NCBI GenBank assembly: GCA_963760875.1
Contig: CAVXEH010000002.1
Coordinates: 336,258 to 400,257, forward strand
DNA from: an uncultured Chloroflexia bacterium
GTDB lineage: Bacteria; Chloroflexota; Limnocylindria; QHBO01
Length of the DNA: 64,000 bases
Direction of reading: 5' to 3'
Shown here: one piece after another, positions 27,350-38,136 of the stretch
Layout: each line of letters opens with the position of its first letter
Numbering within the stretch: position 1 is the stretch's first letter
The notes under the pieces: model-generated
What the model was told of the DNA's origin: nothing
Databases searched by the model: none
What the model saw: the letters and a program-made list of their open reading frames with translations, nothing else
Position numbers and translations under genes: made by a program

Positions 27350-28966
27350 CTATTGGTCGAGCCAAACGTCTCGCAGCTGACGGTAAGAGATCAACTGCGG
27401 GTTGAAGACATAGCCCTTCACGTAGGACTGAGTCGCGTCGAACTTGTAGTAGTTGTAGAGGAAGGCGTATGGGCCGACCTCGGCCAGGCGCGACTGCGCC
27501 TGGGCGTACAACTCAGCTCGCTTCGCGCGGTCGGTGGTTTGCCGCGCCTCAGTGGCAAGCTGCGTGACTTGGTCATCACTGAAGTGCGCCCAGTTCGTAC
27601 CTCCTCCGGGCAGGAAGGTCTGCTGGAAGCGCTCGTCTGGATCGATGGTTCCTGAAAAACCGAGCACCTGTGAGTCAAAAGCGGCGTCGGAGGTCAGGTC
27701 CGGAGCAGACCACTGGGCTGCCATCTGGCCAGCATCCATAATCTGCACCTTGGCGTCGATCTTCAGAGGCTTCAACTGTTGCTGGATCGCCTGAGCCGTG
27801 CAGTTCTGGAAGTCCCATCCGGTGAGACTGTTGATCTGGAAGCTAAAGCCGTTGGCATAGCCAGCATCCGCTAGGAGCTGTCGGGCTTTATCAAGATTCT
27901 GCTGGTACTTGACCTCCTTGTTCGCTGCCCAATACGTCGGCGGCAGAAAGCCTGCATTCAGAACGTTGGACATCCCCGGCATGCACAGGTCCGCCAACTG
28001 CTGGCGATCAAGAGCCCAGTAGATCGCCTGGCGAACGCGAACATCGTCAAAGGGCTTCTTGTTCGGGTTCATCAAGAAGTACAACCAGCTCATCTGGCCC
28101 TGAGGCATGTACACGTCGACGGACGAGTCGTCTTGGAGTGTCTTCAGCATGGGCGCGGGACCGTCATAGAGAAAATTGACGTCACCCGCCTGCAACGCAG
28201 CGGATCGAGCGTTGTCGTCGGCGTTGAAGGTGAAGGTAATGCCCGCGAGGTGTGGCTTACCCGCGTCCCAGTATTCGGGGTTCGCGACGAGCTTCACGGA
28301 CTGCCCCTGCGTCCAGCTCTCAAGCTTGAACGCTCCGGTTCCGACTGGATGCTTGAAGAAGTTCGCGTCTCCGACAGCGGAGCAAGGGACAATGCCTGCT
28401 GTGATGTCGGCGAGCGCCGACAAGAGCGGCGAGAAGGGTTCCGACAGCTGGATTACCACGGTCTGATCGTCGGAGGCGGTGACCTGTGACACGGACGAGT
28501 ACAGACTTGCGCGCGGCGACTTGGTGGACGGATCCATGATGCGGTCGATCGTGCACTTGACGTCCTTGGCAGTCATATTCGTGCCATCATGGAACTTCAC
28601 GCCCTGACGAATGTGGAATGTGTAGGTGAGGTTGTCCGGAGAGATATCCCAACCGGTCGCAAGGCTCGGGGTGATGGTGCCGTCCGGCTGAATTTCGGCG
28701 AGCGAGTCGAACATCTGCTGTGAGATCACGAAGCCCGTCGAGAATGTGAGGATTGCTGGGTCAAACCCCTGCCCCTCGTCCTGCTTGAGCAGTACGTTCA
28801 GGGTCCCCCCGTTCTTTACCTGGCTTGCACTGGCCGAGGCCGAGGCCGCGCCCGATGCCGCCTGCGAGGCTGATTGGCTTTCGCCGGCCGACCCACAGGC
28901 ACTGACCAGGATCGCGATAACGAACAGCACGAGAGCTGTCCGAACTGATCCACCGCGGTAAGTCAT
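27350..28966 (-). CDS. ABC transporter substrate-binding lipoprotein, family 5 (peptide-like ligands)
   Basis: Lipobox VSACGS, a low-complexity Ala/Ser linker, then typical SBP_bac_5 blocks. 538 aa. Confidence 0.85.
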   Translation of the reverse strand: MTYRGGSVRTALVLFVIAILVSACGSAGESQSASQAASGAASASASASQVKNGGTLNVLLKQDEGQGFDPAILTFSTGFVISQQMFDSLAEIQPDGTITPSLATGWDISPDNLTYTFHIRQGVKFHDGTNMTAKDVKCTIDRIMDPSTKSPRASLYSSVSQVTASDDQTVVIQLSEPFSPLLSALADITAGIVPCSAVGDANFFKHPVGTGAFKLESWTQGQSVKLVANPEYWDAGKPHLAGITFTFNADDNARSAALQAGDVNFLYDGPAPMLKTLQDDSSVDVYMPQGQMSWLYFLMNPNKKPFDDVRVRQAIYWALDRQQLADLCMPGMSNVLNAGFLPPTYWAANKEVKYQQNLDKARQLLADAGYANGFSFQINSLTGWDFQNCTAQAIQQQLKPLKIDAKVQIMDAGQMAAQWSAPDLTSDAAFDSQVLGFSGTIDPDERFQQTFLPGGGTNWAHFSDDQVTQLATEARQTTDRAKRAELYAQAQSRLAEVGPYAFLYNYYKFDATQSYVKGYVFNPQLISYRQLRDVWLDQ

Positions 28967-28994
28967 GTGCCGACTCCTATCGTTCCTTCGCCCC

Positions 28995-30194
28995 TCAGTT
29001 CGCCGAGAGCGCGTTCCGGAGAATCTCTCCTGCCTTGCTGACGAAAACGACGTTGGCGACCGCCCCTACCTCCTCTTCTGGATCGCCATCAACTACTACG
29101 AGATCAGCCCACGCACCCTGCTCGATGACTCCCATTGCATCTGTTCCCAACAGTTCGGCGGTCTCGCGGGTGGCCGCGATCAACGCCTCGGTCGAGGAGA
29201 ATCCCGCCGCGACGAGCAACTGCAACTCGGGCACGAGATCCCACACCGGGTTCAGCGGACTCCCTGCGTCTGAACCACAAGCGATCCTGACCCCTGCACG
29301 GTGTGCCCGGCGGACCGCGTCAAGGCCCATCGCGCGTAGGTCCTCGGAGTGTTGGATCCGCTCGCTGGAGAACCCAGCTGCCCGTCCGAGCCGGGCGATT
29401 GAGTCATGCACTGAGAGGGTGGGAACGAGCCAGGTTCCTGCTGCCACCATCTTGGACACCAGCTCGTCGGTGAGGTCATAACCGTGCTCGATCGAGTCCA
29501 CCCCTGCCTCGAGCGCCGCCCCAACGCCGAACCGAGACACAGCGTGCGCGGTCGCGCGGCGTCCCATTCTGTGGGCTGCATCGACCCCCGAGGACATCTC
29601 CGCAACTGTGAGCTGGACGCTGGAATGTTCGAATGCGCCGCCGGAGGAACTGGCCTCGGCAACGAGCTTGATGAAGTCCGCACCGGCTTTGATCTGCTCT
29701 CGAACTCCCCGCCGGACTGCGTCCGCACCATCCGCTTCAAAGGAGATGGCATGCATATGTCCCCCAGTCGCGCAGATGGCCTGTCCGCTCAGGAATAGCC
29801 GAGGTCCTGGCATGCGCCCGGCGTTGAAGACTTCTCGCAGCGCGAACGTCCCTCTTCCAGGGGCATTGCAGTCACGAAAGGTGGTGATGCCGGCAGCCAC
29901 GGCTCTGGCACCTCGAGTCGCGGCGTCGAGGACCCCCACGAGCTCTCCCTTGAGGTAATAGCGTCGGGGTGAAACGCTGTCCTGCTCATCGATTGTGATA
30001 TGGGTGTGAGCATCGGCCAGGCCGGGGAACAGAGCCCTGCCATGGGCGTCGACGACGAGATCGGCGCTTCCCGACGGCCGTGGGCCCAGATCGGCGATCC
30101 GATCGCCATCACAGGTGACTGACCAGGTTTCGTCCGTCCATAGCCCATCCGGCAGCAGCGCTCGGACGTTGTCAAGCCGCAGCCGCATTGACAT
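28995..30194 (-). CDS. Amidohydrolase-family metal-dependent hydrolase
   Basis: Metal-binding HxH (VVDAHGRALFPGLADAHTHI) and downstream His/Asp blocks. The exact start is uncertain. Confidence 0.7.
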   Translation of the reverse strand: MSMRLRLDNVRALLPDGLWTDETWSVTCDGDRIADLGPRPSGSADLVVDAHGRALFPGLADAHTHITIDEQDSVSPRRYYLKGELVGVLDAATRGARAVAAGITTFRDCNAPGRGTFALREVFNAGRMPGPRLFLSGQAICATGGHMHAISFEADGADAVRRGVREQIKAGADFIKLVAEASSSGGAFEHSSVQLTVAEMSSGVDAAHRMGRRATAHAVSRFGVGAALEAGVDSIEHGYDLTDELVSKMVAAGTWLVPTLSVHDSIARLGRAAGFSSERIQHSEDLRAMGLDAVRRAHRAGVRIACGSDAGSPLNPVWDLVPELQLLVAAGFSSTEALIAATRETAELLGTDAMGVIEQGAWADLVVVDGDPEEEVGAVANVVFVSKAGEILRNALSAN

Positions 30195-31413
30195 CTCCCG
30201 CCGGGCCACGCACCACGCGTCCCTTCTGCACGATCAGGATTGGCGCGTCGAGGCCGTCCAGGTTCACGCTTGCGTCTCCACGGACCGCGATGACGTCGGC
30301 TTCTCGGCCAGCCGCCAGCGATCCAATCGCAGACTCTGCTCCCAGGATCTCGGCGCCAACTCGGCTCGCGGCCTCTATGGCCGCCACATTCCCCAAGCCG
30401 AGGGCAGCGAGCAACTTGATCTCGCCTGCCAGGTTCTCATGAGGATTGAAAGGGCTGCCGCCATCCGTCCCAGCGGCTAGGCGAACTCCCTCGGACAGTG
30501 CGAATCGGACCGCCTGTTGCGATAGCTCCTGTGATCGCCGCACATATTCCATCCACCCCACAGAAGTCTTGGTGCGCTCCTCCTCACGCAGCACCGCTTC
30601 ATGCACGGAAAGGGTTGGGACAATCGCGACGTCGCGTTCTGCCGCCATTGCTGCCAATGGCTGATCGAGCGCATACCCGTGCTCGATCACGTCGACACCC
30701 GCCTCGATCACTGCGCGGATCGTGGCCGGAGCGATGGCATGGGCCGTGACGCGCCGCCCCAGCTGGTGCGCTGCGTCGATCACAGCCCTCAGTTCAGATT
30801 GGGACAACGCGGGTCGCGCGACGTCGAGGGCGCCGTCGCTCGTTCCTCCGTCCGCCATCACCTTGACGAAATCCGCTCCCGCCTTCAGTTGCAGGCGAGT
30901 TGCATGCCGGAAACCATCAGCTCCGTTGGCTTCGATGCCGATGGAGTAAGCATGTCCTCCGGTCGCACATATCAGTGCTCCGGCCGCAAAGACTCGGGCG
31001 CCTGGGAGAACCCCATCCGCAATCGCTCGCCTCAACGCGAAGATGCCGGGGTCGGCCGCACCTACATCACGCACAGCAGTGACCCCGGCGAGGAGGCATG
31101 TCTGCGCACGCCCGGCAGCGGCCAGGATGCGATCGGCCTCGGAGCCGTCATTGACCCGCTTGGGACGCTCGACGTCCAGATGGCTCACGGTGAGGTGGAC
31201 GTGGCTGTTGATCAATCCAGGGAGGATCGTCGCGTCCCCGAGATCCACCGAGGTGACAAATGCACCGTCATAGCCTTCGATCCGGGGCCCTGCGTATTCC
31301 AGTGCTTCGCCATTCACTACGACTGCCGCGTCGTGAACAACCCCGCCCAGACCAGTGATCAAGTGAGCCGCCAGATAGGCGGTGGGTCCAGGGGAGCCTT
31401 CAGCCCGCGTCAC
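30172..31413 (-). CDS. Amidohydrolase-family metal-dependent hydrolase (second paralog)
   Basis: ILPGLINSHVHLTV (HxH), a KAGADF block and an HAxxxxxI block. The track start (31578) would overlap the upstream gene by 168 bp; a start near VTRAEGS (GTG ~31413) is more plausible. Confidence 0.65.
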   Translation of the reverse strand: MTRAEGSPGPTAYLAAHLITGLGGVVHDAAVVVNGEALEYAGPRIEGYDGAFVTSVDLGDATILPGLINSHVHLTVSHLDVERPKRVNDGSEADRILAAAGRAQTCLLAGVTAVRDVGAADPGIFALRRAIADGVLPGARVFAAGALICATGGHAYSIGIEANGADGFRHATRLQLKAGADFVKVMADGGTSDGALDVARPALSQSELRAVIDAAHQLGRRVTAHAIAPATIRAVIEAGVDVIEHGYALDQPLAAMAAERDVAIVPTLSVHEAVLREEERTKTSVGWMEYVRRSQELSQQAVRFALSEGVRLAAGTDGGSPFNPHENLAGEIKLLAALGLGNVAAIEAASRVGAEILGAESAIGSLAAGREADVIAVRGDASVNLDGLDAPILIVQKGRVVRGPAGDVNAAAA

Positions 31414-32474
31414 GGCAGTTCGTCCCCTCGCAGTATCCGCGTGCCTGGTGCTGTCGTGTCCACCATTAGATAGGCCCAATCGCCAGGCCGGACGGGGTAC
31501 GGGCGGGCTACCATATCGACCAGGCCGGGGACTGGCGCGCGAAGCTCCTCCAGTAGTGAGAAGGAATAGGGACTCCAAACAGTCCCCAGGAGCTCACCCG
31601 GTTCGACTCTGACCTCCATGAGTGCGTCTGGCGCAAGAACGGGCTCCAAAATGCCACCGACGGTTGGGTTGACTCGGCGTACGGCATCAAAGACCACTAT
31701 CTCGTCGGCCACAGTAGGGGCACCGGGCAGCATCTCGAGTTCGCGCATTACCCCTCGGACGCCGGACAGATTCCGCTGCAGCCATGTCTCTTCCAAGGCA
31801 GGGTCGAAACCGGCGCCTCCGACTTCGGAGATGATGCCGGGGATGCCCAGCACCTGCCCGGCGTAGCCGATCATGCTCTTAGGGCCAGGGAACTTGGTTG
31901 CGAGGTCCCCCCGTCGCACATGAGCCAGCCCAAATGCCCGGGCGAGTTCGTACGAACGGCGCGAGACGGCGGGGTCCACAAAATCGCGCCCACATGTCAC
32001 GGAACCCATCGCCGCACCCCAGAGCCCGCTGTGGAAGTCAATGACCGCGTCCGCCACCGAGAGGACACTCGCGCTGATCACCATCGCCATCTGGTCGGCG
32101 AGCCACGCCTGCACACCACCGAACGAGCGATTGAGGTCCGGACTGTCGGACTCGTCCACGATATTGCGCGTGCCGCTGGCAAACGCAATCGGGTTGGCCA
32201 CGGGGATCAACAGAAGGGTTCCCGCCAGATCCTTGGGGGTAACCTGGTTCGCCAGAGCGAGGAGCACGTCTGTTGCGAGCCACTCGCCTCCGTGTAGTCC
32301 CGTCACAACTGCGAGAGTCGGGCCAGACTGGGCTCCGGCTACCACGTGAACATGGAGGGACACAATCGAACCGTCGAGGTCCGTTACCATTGGGATCGCC
32401 ACATGGCCTGCCTGTCCGGGTTCGAAGCGGCGCCCACCCAGTTCAATGCCTTGTGTCGGCGCATTTGTGCTCAT
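31410..32474 (-). CDS. Succinylglutamate desuccinylase/aspartoacylase (AstE/AspA, M14-like zinc deacylase) family protein
   Basis: LHGGEW zinc-ligand block and overall AstE_AspA pattern. Start at MSTNAPTQG gives an ATGA overlap with the upstream paralog. Confidence 0.65.
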   Translation of the reverse strand: MSTNAPTQGIELGGRRFEPGQAGHVAIPMVTDLDGSIVSLHVHVVAGAQSGPTLAVVTGLHGGEWLATDVLLALANQVTPKDLAGTLLLIPVANPIAFASGTRNIVDESDSPDLNRSFGGVQAWLADQMAMVISASVLSVADAVIDFHSGLWGAAMGSVTCGRDFVDPAVSRRSYELARAFGLAHVRRGDLATKFPGPKSMIGYAGQVLGIPGIISEVGGAGFDPALEETWLQRNLSGVRGVMRELEMLPGAPTVADEIVVFDAVRRVNPTVGGILEPVLAPDALMEVRVEPGELLGTVWSPYSFSLLEELRAPVPGLVDMVARPYPVRPGDWAYLMVDTTAPGTRILRGDELP

Positions 32475-33568
32475 CCCGGGGAACCCTCCTGCCGCTGACG
32501 GTTCTCGACCCATCGGGTCTTGCCGGTCGTTGTGGCAGCCAGGCCATACGCCCAGCCTCCCGGAACGACCGGATAGTCGCGCGAGGCCATGAAGAGCAGG
32601 CCGTCGACAGGTGCGCGCAACTCCTCCAGTGTTTCGCCGGTGTATGGACTCACCACCTCACCCAAGAGCGTGCCCGCCTTGATCTCGTCCCCGAGCTGCC
32701 GACCGCCAAAGCGCGATCGAAGCAAGCCACCGTTGGTCGGGTTCACACGGAAGCTGCGTTCGTAGACGAGTTGTCTCGACGGGCGAGGGTCTGGTGCGCC
32801 TTGCAGCATCCCAAGGTGGCCCATCACGGCCTGGATACCGTTCGAGGTCGCGTCAATCCAACTCCGCTCCAGTGACTGGGCGAAGCCGGCTCCACCAACC
32901 TCCACCGCGATGGCCGGAATGCCCAATTGTCCGCCCGCATAGCCGATCGAGGACTTGGGACCCGGGAACCCGCCGACGACCTGCGAGCGGCGCACAGTCG
33001 GCGTGCCGAACGCGAGAGCCATCCTCTCGGCGGCTTCGGCGACATCACCGCGGTAGTCGTCGCCCGTAATGATGTCGAGATCCGCATGACCCCACCCGCC
33101 GACGTGGAAGTCGATTAATGCGTCCGCGGGTTCTAGCAGCTCACGGACGATCGTCCCCACCAACTGATCGGTGGTCCAAGTCAAGGGGCCGGGGAATACT
33201 CGATTCGGGTCTGGGCTGTCGGAGTCGTCGGGCATGTCACGGCTGCGCCTTGCAAGGGCGAAGGGATTACCAACAGGCACCATCAAGACCGTGCCGGACA
33301 CGGCGCTCAGGTCGAGGGCACCAGCGAAGCTCCGTAACCCCAAGATCGAGAACCACTCCACCCCATGCAGGGTGGATAGGAGCGAGAGCGTGGGACCATC
33401 GCGCCCTCCGCTCAGAACATGAACGGTCAGCGCCACAGGCGCGCCATTCAGGCCCGTCGTGACTGGAATGCTGACTATCGAGTGGGTAGCCCGTCGGGCG
33501 ATTGCCTCGACGATCGCGGCGCTCGGCAACTGCGTTCCCCGCTGTACTGCCGTATTGGTACAGTGCAC
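32471..33568 (-). CDS. AstE/AspA-family zinc deacylase (second paralog)
   Basis: LHGVEW block; similar length and architecture to the 31410-32474 gene. Confidence 0.65.
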   Translation of the reverse strand: MHCTNTAVQRGTQLPSAAIVEAIARRATHSIVSIPVTTGLNGAPVALTVHVLSGGRDGPTLSLLSTLHGVEWFSILGLRSFAGALDLSAVSGTVLMVPVGNPFALARRSRDMPDDSDSPDPNRVFPGPLTWTTDQLVGTIVRELLEPADALIDFHVGGWGHADLDIITGDDYRGDVAEAAERMALAFGTPTVRRSQVVGGFPGPKSSIGYAGGQLGIPAIAVEVGGAGFAQSLERSWIDATSNGIQAVMGHLGMLQGAPDPRPSRQLVYERSFRVNPTNGGLLRSRFGGRQLGDEIKAGTLLGEVVSPYTGETLEELRAPVDGLLFMASRDYPVVPGGWAYGLAATTTGKTRWVENRQRQEGSPG

Positions 33569-33622
33569 TATTGGCGTCCGGAACCGCTTTTGTCAAGTCT
33601 CTCGCCGCGATCGCGGACCACC

Positions 33623-34390
33623 TCAGGGACTCTGGCGAATCTCCGAAATAACCTCGTCCGCGGTGGAGACACGGCAGAATGGCGACGAGGACTTGATGCC
33701 AACGTCATGGATTTCTGGGGTCACGTCAGCGCACCCGTCCTCAACCAAGACACAGTCGAATCCTCGATCCGCGGCGTCGCGCAGGGTTGACTCGACGCAG
33801 TAATTCGTCGCTACTCCACAGAACACCAGTTCCCTGGACCCCAGATTCCATAGCAAACGCTCGAGCGGCGATGCAGTGAATCCACTGGCCCCGGTCTTGG
33901 CCAGGACCGGCTCTCCAGGAAGCGGAGCGATCGACTCCAGGACCTGCATCTCGCGACTCCCCAAGACAGCGTACGGAGGGTTGAGCCCCCGTTCCGTCCA
34001 ATGGTCAGCCGCTCTTCGGAATCGCGGCGGCATGTCTGACAGGTCTCCGACGACCGATCCGACCGTCAGAAAGATCACGGGCGCGCCGACGTCCCTGAAT
34101 GTGCCTTGAAGCCGCTGGACGCTAGGCACGACAACACGCTCGATCCGCTCGTTGTAGGCATCCACTAGGTCGGCGTAGCCGATAGCACGGAAGACATTTG
34201 CGAAGCCATATCCATCGGCGGCGCTGCCGTACTGAAGGTCCACAAGAATCAGGGCCGAAGTCGCAGGCCGCAGACGGAAATCGTTCATCCGGCGTCGATA
34301 GGCAAACAGTGCTTCGGCGGCATCGGTTCGAGTTGGGTCGAGGCCGATTTCGCCCTCTCTATCGTGGGCACTTCGAACATCCGTCGTCAT
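33623..34390 (-). CDS. Isochorismatase-family cysteine hydrolase
   Basis: ALILVDLQYG (catalytic Asp block) and CGVATNYCVEST (catalytic Cys). Start likely MTTDVRS (ATGA overlap with the dipeptidase). Confidence 0.7.
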   Translation of the reverse strand: MTTDVRSAHDREGEIGLDPTRTDAAEALFAYRRRMNDFRLRPATSALILVDLQYGSAADGYGFANVFRAIGYADLVDAYNERIERVVVPSVQRLQGTFRDVGAPVIFLTVGSVVGDLSDMPPRFRRAADHWTERGLNPPYAVLGSREMQVLESIAPLPGEPVLAKTGASGFTASPLERLLWNLGSRELVFCGVATNYCVESTLRDAADRGFDCVLVEDGCADVTPEIHDVGIKSSSPFCRVSTADEVISEIRQSP

Positions 34391-35454
34391 CGCCAAACCT
34401 CCTCGAACACTCGTCTGAAGTTGCCACCGAGGATCCCTTGAAGGTCCTCGTCGCCGAAACCGATGTCGGCCAGCGCTTCGGCAATGCGAGGCATGTCCTC
34501 GCAACTCCCGGCGCCTTGAGCGAACCGCGTGTCGTATCCGTACCAGTCGCCCATAAGGCCGGCAACGGTGGGGTATCTGCCCGCGCGTCCGTAGAGCTCA
34601 TCCCACGCGTGACGCGGATGGCCCTCGGAGTGGTCCGAGCCAATGCCCACGTGTCTCGGCCCGACCAGCTCCACAACGTGCTCAACGTGCCGAAGGAAGT
34701 GGGTGATGGCAGGCCACTCTCCGTCACCACCTACCATTGGCGACCAGAAGGTCAAACCAATCACGCCGCCCCGCCGCTTCAGCGCATGGAGAACTTCGTC
34801 GTTCACGTTTCGCGGGCTGTCGAAGACCGCGCGTGCATTGGCGTGCGAGACGATGACCGGCCGCGCGGACACCTCGATCGCCTCGAGCATCGTCGTCTCG
34901 TGGGCGTGCGAAAGATCCACAACAACGCCCATCGCGTTGAGCTGCTTCACCAGGTGCTGGCCCCGAACCGTCAGCCCTCGTGCTCTCGACACCGTGCAGC
35001 CGTCGCCGAAGACATTTCTCTCGTTGTAGGTCAGCTGGACGATTCGAACACCGTGCTCATACAAGGTCTCCGCAGCGTCCGCGGACTCCGCAAGCGGCAG
35101 CGCGTTCTGTGGGCCGAAGATCAGCCCAACGCGGTCGGTTGCCTTCGCGACATCGAGATCCCTACCGCGCTCGATTAGCAGCAGTCTGTCAGGTCGTGCG
35201 GCGATGAACTCCCGCGCCGCCTGAATTTCATGCAGGGCTTGGCGCAGCCCGGCGTGGGGGGAGCACACCGTCCAGTTGAAAGCCGTAACCCCCGAACGGA
35301 GCATGCGATCGACGTGCTCTTCATCCATGGTAGGTGCGACCGATCCGTCGATGACGACGGATGCCTCATATAGGGAAGAGCCGCCGGAAGAACCGCCGTT
35401 GGAACGTTTAACCGTGGGCTCGCTGTTTGCCAATGCTGGCCTCCACCGCGACAC
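34387..35454 (-). CDS. Membrane dipeptidase (peptidase M19 family)
   Basis: HVDRMLRSGVTAFNWTV, VVDLSHAHETT and IVSHANARAV are M19 hallmarks. Confidence 0.75.
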   Translation of the reverse strand: MSRWRPALANSEPTVKRSNGGSSGGSSLYEASVVIDGSVAPTMDEEHVDRMLRSGVTAFNWTVCSPHAGLRQALHEIQAAREFIAARPDRLLLIERGRDLDVAKATDRVGLIFGPQNALPLAESADAAETLYEHGVRIVQLTYNERNVFGDGCTVSRARGLTVRGQHLVKQLNAMGVVVDLSHAHETTMLEAIEVSARPVIVSHANARAVFDSPRNVNDEVLHALKRRGGVIGLTFWSPMVGGDGEWPAITHFLRHVEHVVELVGPRHVGIGSDHSEGHPRHAWDELYGRAGRYPTVAGLMGDWYGYDTRFAQGAGSCEDMPRIAEALADIGFGDEDLQGILGGNFRRVFEEVWR

Positions 35455-35457
35455 GAG

Positions 35458-37050
35458 TCATCCGCTTGCTGCAATCACTGTCGGGCGACCATTCACAATC
35501 ACGGCCTCGATTCCGGACGGATGCATAGTCGGCGATCGCCAGTCTGCCGACGCACCAATCTCATCCGCCTGAAATACCACCAGATCCGCATGCGACCCTG
35601 GCCGGATCTCCCCTCGCCCACCCAGCCGCAAGGCCCGGGCCGGTCCGCCAGTGAGCCGGTGAGCGGCCTCCCCGATGGTCAACAGACGTCGATCGCGAAC
35701 GAAATGACCCAGCAGCCGACCGGTTGAACGGAAATGGCGGGGATGTGGCTGCATCGTGTTCCAAGGCTCACCCACGCGCGAGGGCGATGTCGCAATCGCG
35801 TCCAGCCCCAGGTAGCTGTGTGGCCATCGAGCGACGGTCTCTACGTCGGCCTCGGAAAGCCTCCTGTGAAGAAGCATCAACGCTTGCCCCTCCTCAGCTA
35901 CCAGCCGAAGCAGGAGGTCAACTGGCGATACACCCGCCACCCCCGCGGCTGACACAAGGTCGAGCCCGCGCAGGGCGACATTCGGTCCGCTCGAGTCGCA
36001 ATCCTCAATCGTCACGTCGGCCCAATCCGAGAAGACCAGGTACTCCGCGTAGAAGCCCTGCCTCGGAGCGCGTCGGCGGCGTTCGATTACACTGGCCAGC
36101 GCTGCGCGTGCATCTCGATCGAAGAGCGTCCTCTGCAGCGACGACCAGTCTGGGCTGCGCCAGTCCCAGACCTCCGGGGGAAAGATCGCACGCATTCCAT
36201 CCCACGCTCCGACGGTCGGCCACAGCAAGAGATCGGTTGAGGTCTCCGCCCCTTCTGCCCGTGCGTCGTCGAGAAGCGCCAACGCCTCGCCCACGCTCCC
36301 CCACGCGGGCCTTCCGAAGGCATGCAGCAGCGAGACATGCAGTCGGCATCCCCCTCGTCTCGCAAGCTCAAGGGCTTCCATCACAGCTGTCAGAAGATGC
36401 TGCCCGTAGTCGCGTAGGTGAACCACGAGGAGCGCGTCGTGCCGACCCACAAGTTGCGACACCTCAAGCAACTCAGCTTGGTCCGCATGAAGGTCAGGCT
36501 CGAAGTGGAGGCCGAGCGAAACGCCTGCGGCGCCCGCCTCCAAGCAGGCGTCAACGTGGGTGCAGATGGCGGCGCGCTCCGTGTCCGTTGCCGGACGGTT
36601 GGGCGTGTCGCCCATGCACGCACGGCGGACTGTGCCCAGGCCGACAAGCAGCACAGGATTCACGGCGAGTGAGGCGGGCAGCCGACTGCGATAGTCCGCC
36701 ATGGATTCCCACTCGGCAGAAATGCCGTCGGGGTCGAACTTGCGCAAAGTGGAGCCGCCCGGAAGCGGGAAGGCGGATGACCCGCAGTTTCCGAGAACCT
36801 GAGTCGTTATACCTTGGGCAACGAGACTCTCGGCGGAGGGATTGAGCACGAGAGAGATATCGGAATGACCGTGCATGTCAATGAAACCAGGCGCGACGGC
36901 GCACGCGGTGGCGTCAACAACGACGGCGCCATCGAGGGCGTCGGCGGTCACGACCTCGACCCTATCGCCGATGACGCCTACATTCGCGGCGAAGCCATTG
37001 CTCGCAGTGCCGTCGAGCACAACGCCGCCGGCGACGACAAGGTCAAACAT
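35458..37050 (-). CDS. N-acyl-D-amino-acid deacylase (D-aminoacylase, amidohydrolase-3)
   Basis: PGFIDMHGHSD...GITTQVLGNCGSSAFP signature of D-aminoacylases. 530 aa. Confidence 0.8.
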   Translation of the reverse strand: MFDLVVAGGVVLDGTASNGFAANVGVIGDRVEVVTADALDGAVVVDATACAVAPGFIDMHGHSDISLVLNPSAESLVAQGITTQVLGNCGSSAFPLPGGSTLRKFDPDGISAEWESMADYRSRLPASLAVNPVLLVGLGTVRRACMGDTPNRPATDTERAAICTHVDACLEAGAAGVSLGLHFEPDLHADQAELLEVSQLVGRHDALLVVHLRDYGQHLLTAVMEALELARRGGCRLHVSLLHAFGRPAWGSVGEALALLDDARAEGAETSTDLLLWPTVGAWDGMRAIFPPEVWDWRSPDWSSLQRTLFDRDARAALASVIERRRRAPRQGFYAEYLVFSDWADVTIEDCDSSGPNVALRGLDLVSAAGVAGVSPVDLLLRLVAEEGQALMLLHRRLSEADVETVARWPHSYLGLDAIATSPSRVGEPWNTMQPHPRHFRSTGRLLGHFVRDRRLLTIGEAAHRLTGGPARALRLGGRGEIRPGSHADLVVFQADEIGASADWRSPTMHPSGIEAVIVNGRPTVIAASG

Positions 37051-38023
37051 CCCCAATGCGGCCACACTTCACGCACCATTCGCCGGTCTGGATCGTGGCG
37101 GTGTGGCGGATGTCGGTGATGACCGAACGAAACGGGGCTCGGATCTCCTCGACTACCTCTCCTAGGAGATTGCGCACGAACCCCACGGGCTCTCCACGTT
37201 CCACGGTGTCACCCAGGTCGACCACCTGCTCAAAGAAGCCGCCGTGCTGGGGCCGCGGCCATTCGGACTCTCGGCAGACGTACTGGCTTCCGTCGTCCGG
37301 CGGTGCACCACCAGCGAGCACGCCTAGCCCGCGCAGCACACGTCTGGCACCCACCACACCCGCCTCGACGAAATCGTCGCGAAGGGTTCCACCTCCGCCC
37401 AACTCAATGCCAAGCGCCGACTTGCCAGCTGCGCGGGCCTGGACAGTGATGGCTCCCGTCCGTGCCAGACGCCGCTGTTCCTCTGTCACAGAAACGGCAG
37501 TTATCGGGATGCCTTGTCCAAACCAGCGTGCCAGCTGCAGGTCGCGATCGATCTTCTCCCGGTCGTCTTGATCGGTGCCGACTATCAGGTAGCGAGCGAT
37601 GAAGTCGCGCCCGCCCTCGTGAAAGTCCATCCATACGTCTGACGCCAGAACGCCGTCCTGATAGATGAGATGAGCGAGCCGCTCCATTTGAAATCCGCGC
37701 TCGTTCCCGGGGAAGACACGATTGAGGTTGAGGCGCTCGTATTCGAGTTGGCTTGCCCGTGTGCCGGTGAGAAGAGCAAACGGATTGGCAACGGGCAGCC
37801 CGATGAGTGCGCCGGTGACGTCGAGCGGGTCGAGTTCGTCGAACAGACGGTTCACGACAGCGAAACCGTTGTACTCATCCCCATGGAGCATGGCGCTCAT
37901 GCCGACGAGCGGCCCAGATTGGGCGCCGGCAAGGAGCCGAACGGGCATACTCACTTGCGCGCCGGACGCGAGCTCACCGATCACGCACCAGCCGCTGGTC
38001 TTAGCACTCGGCGGACAGAACAT
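37043..38023 (-). CDS. AstE/AspA-family zinc deacylase (third paralog)
   Basis: MLHGDEYNGF zinc-ligand block. The track ORF extends to 38185 but the probable start is MFCPPSAK. Confidence 0.6.
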   Translation of the reverse strand: MFCPPSAKTSGWCVIGELASGAQVSMPVRLLAGAQSGPLVGMSAMLHGDEYNGFAVVNRLFDELDPLDVTGALIGLPVANPFALLTGTRASQLEYERLNLNRVFPGNERGFQMERLAHLIYQDGVLASDVWMDFHEGGRDFIARYLIVGTDQDDREKIDRDLQLARWFGQGIPITAVSVTEEQRRLARTGAITVQARAAGKSALGIELGGGGTLRDDFVEAGVVGARRVLRGLGVLAGGAPPDDGSQYVCRESEWPRPQHGGFFEQVVDLGDTVERGEPVGFVRNLLGEVVEEIRAPFRSVITDIRHTATIQTGEWCVKCGRIGDV

Positions 38024-38136
38024 TCCGAAAGCGGACAAGCCAGCGCTCTTCACTCGGACTCCCAGCTGTGTGGCTGTAGTAGTACAGTTATCATCGGTGC
38101 GGAGGGACACAGGTGTCAATGCCTTCTGAGGACCAC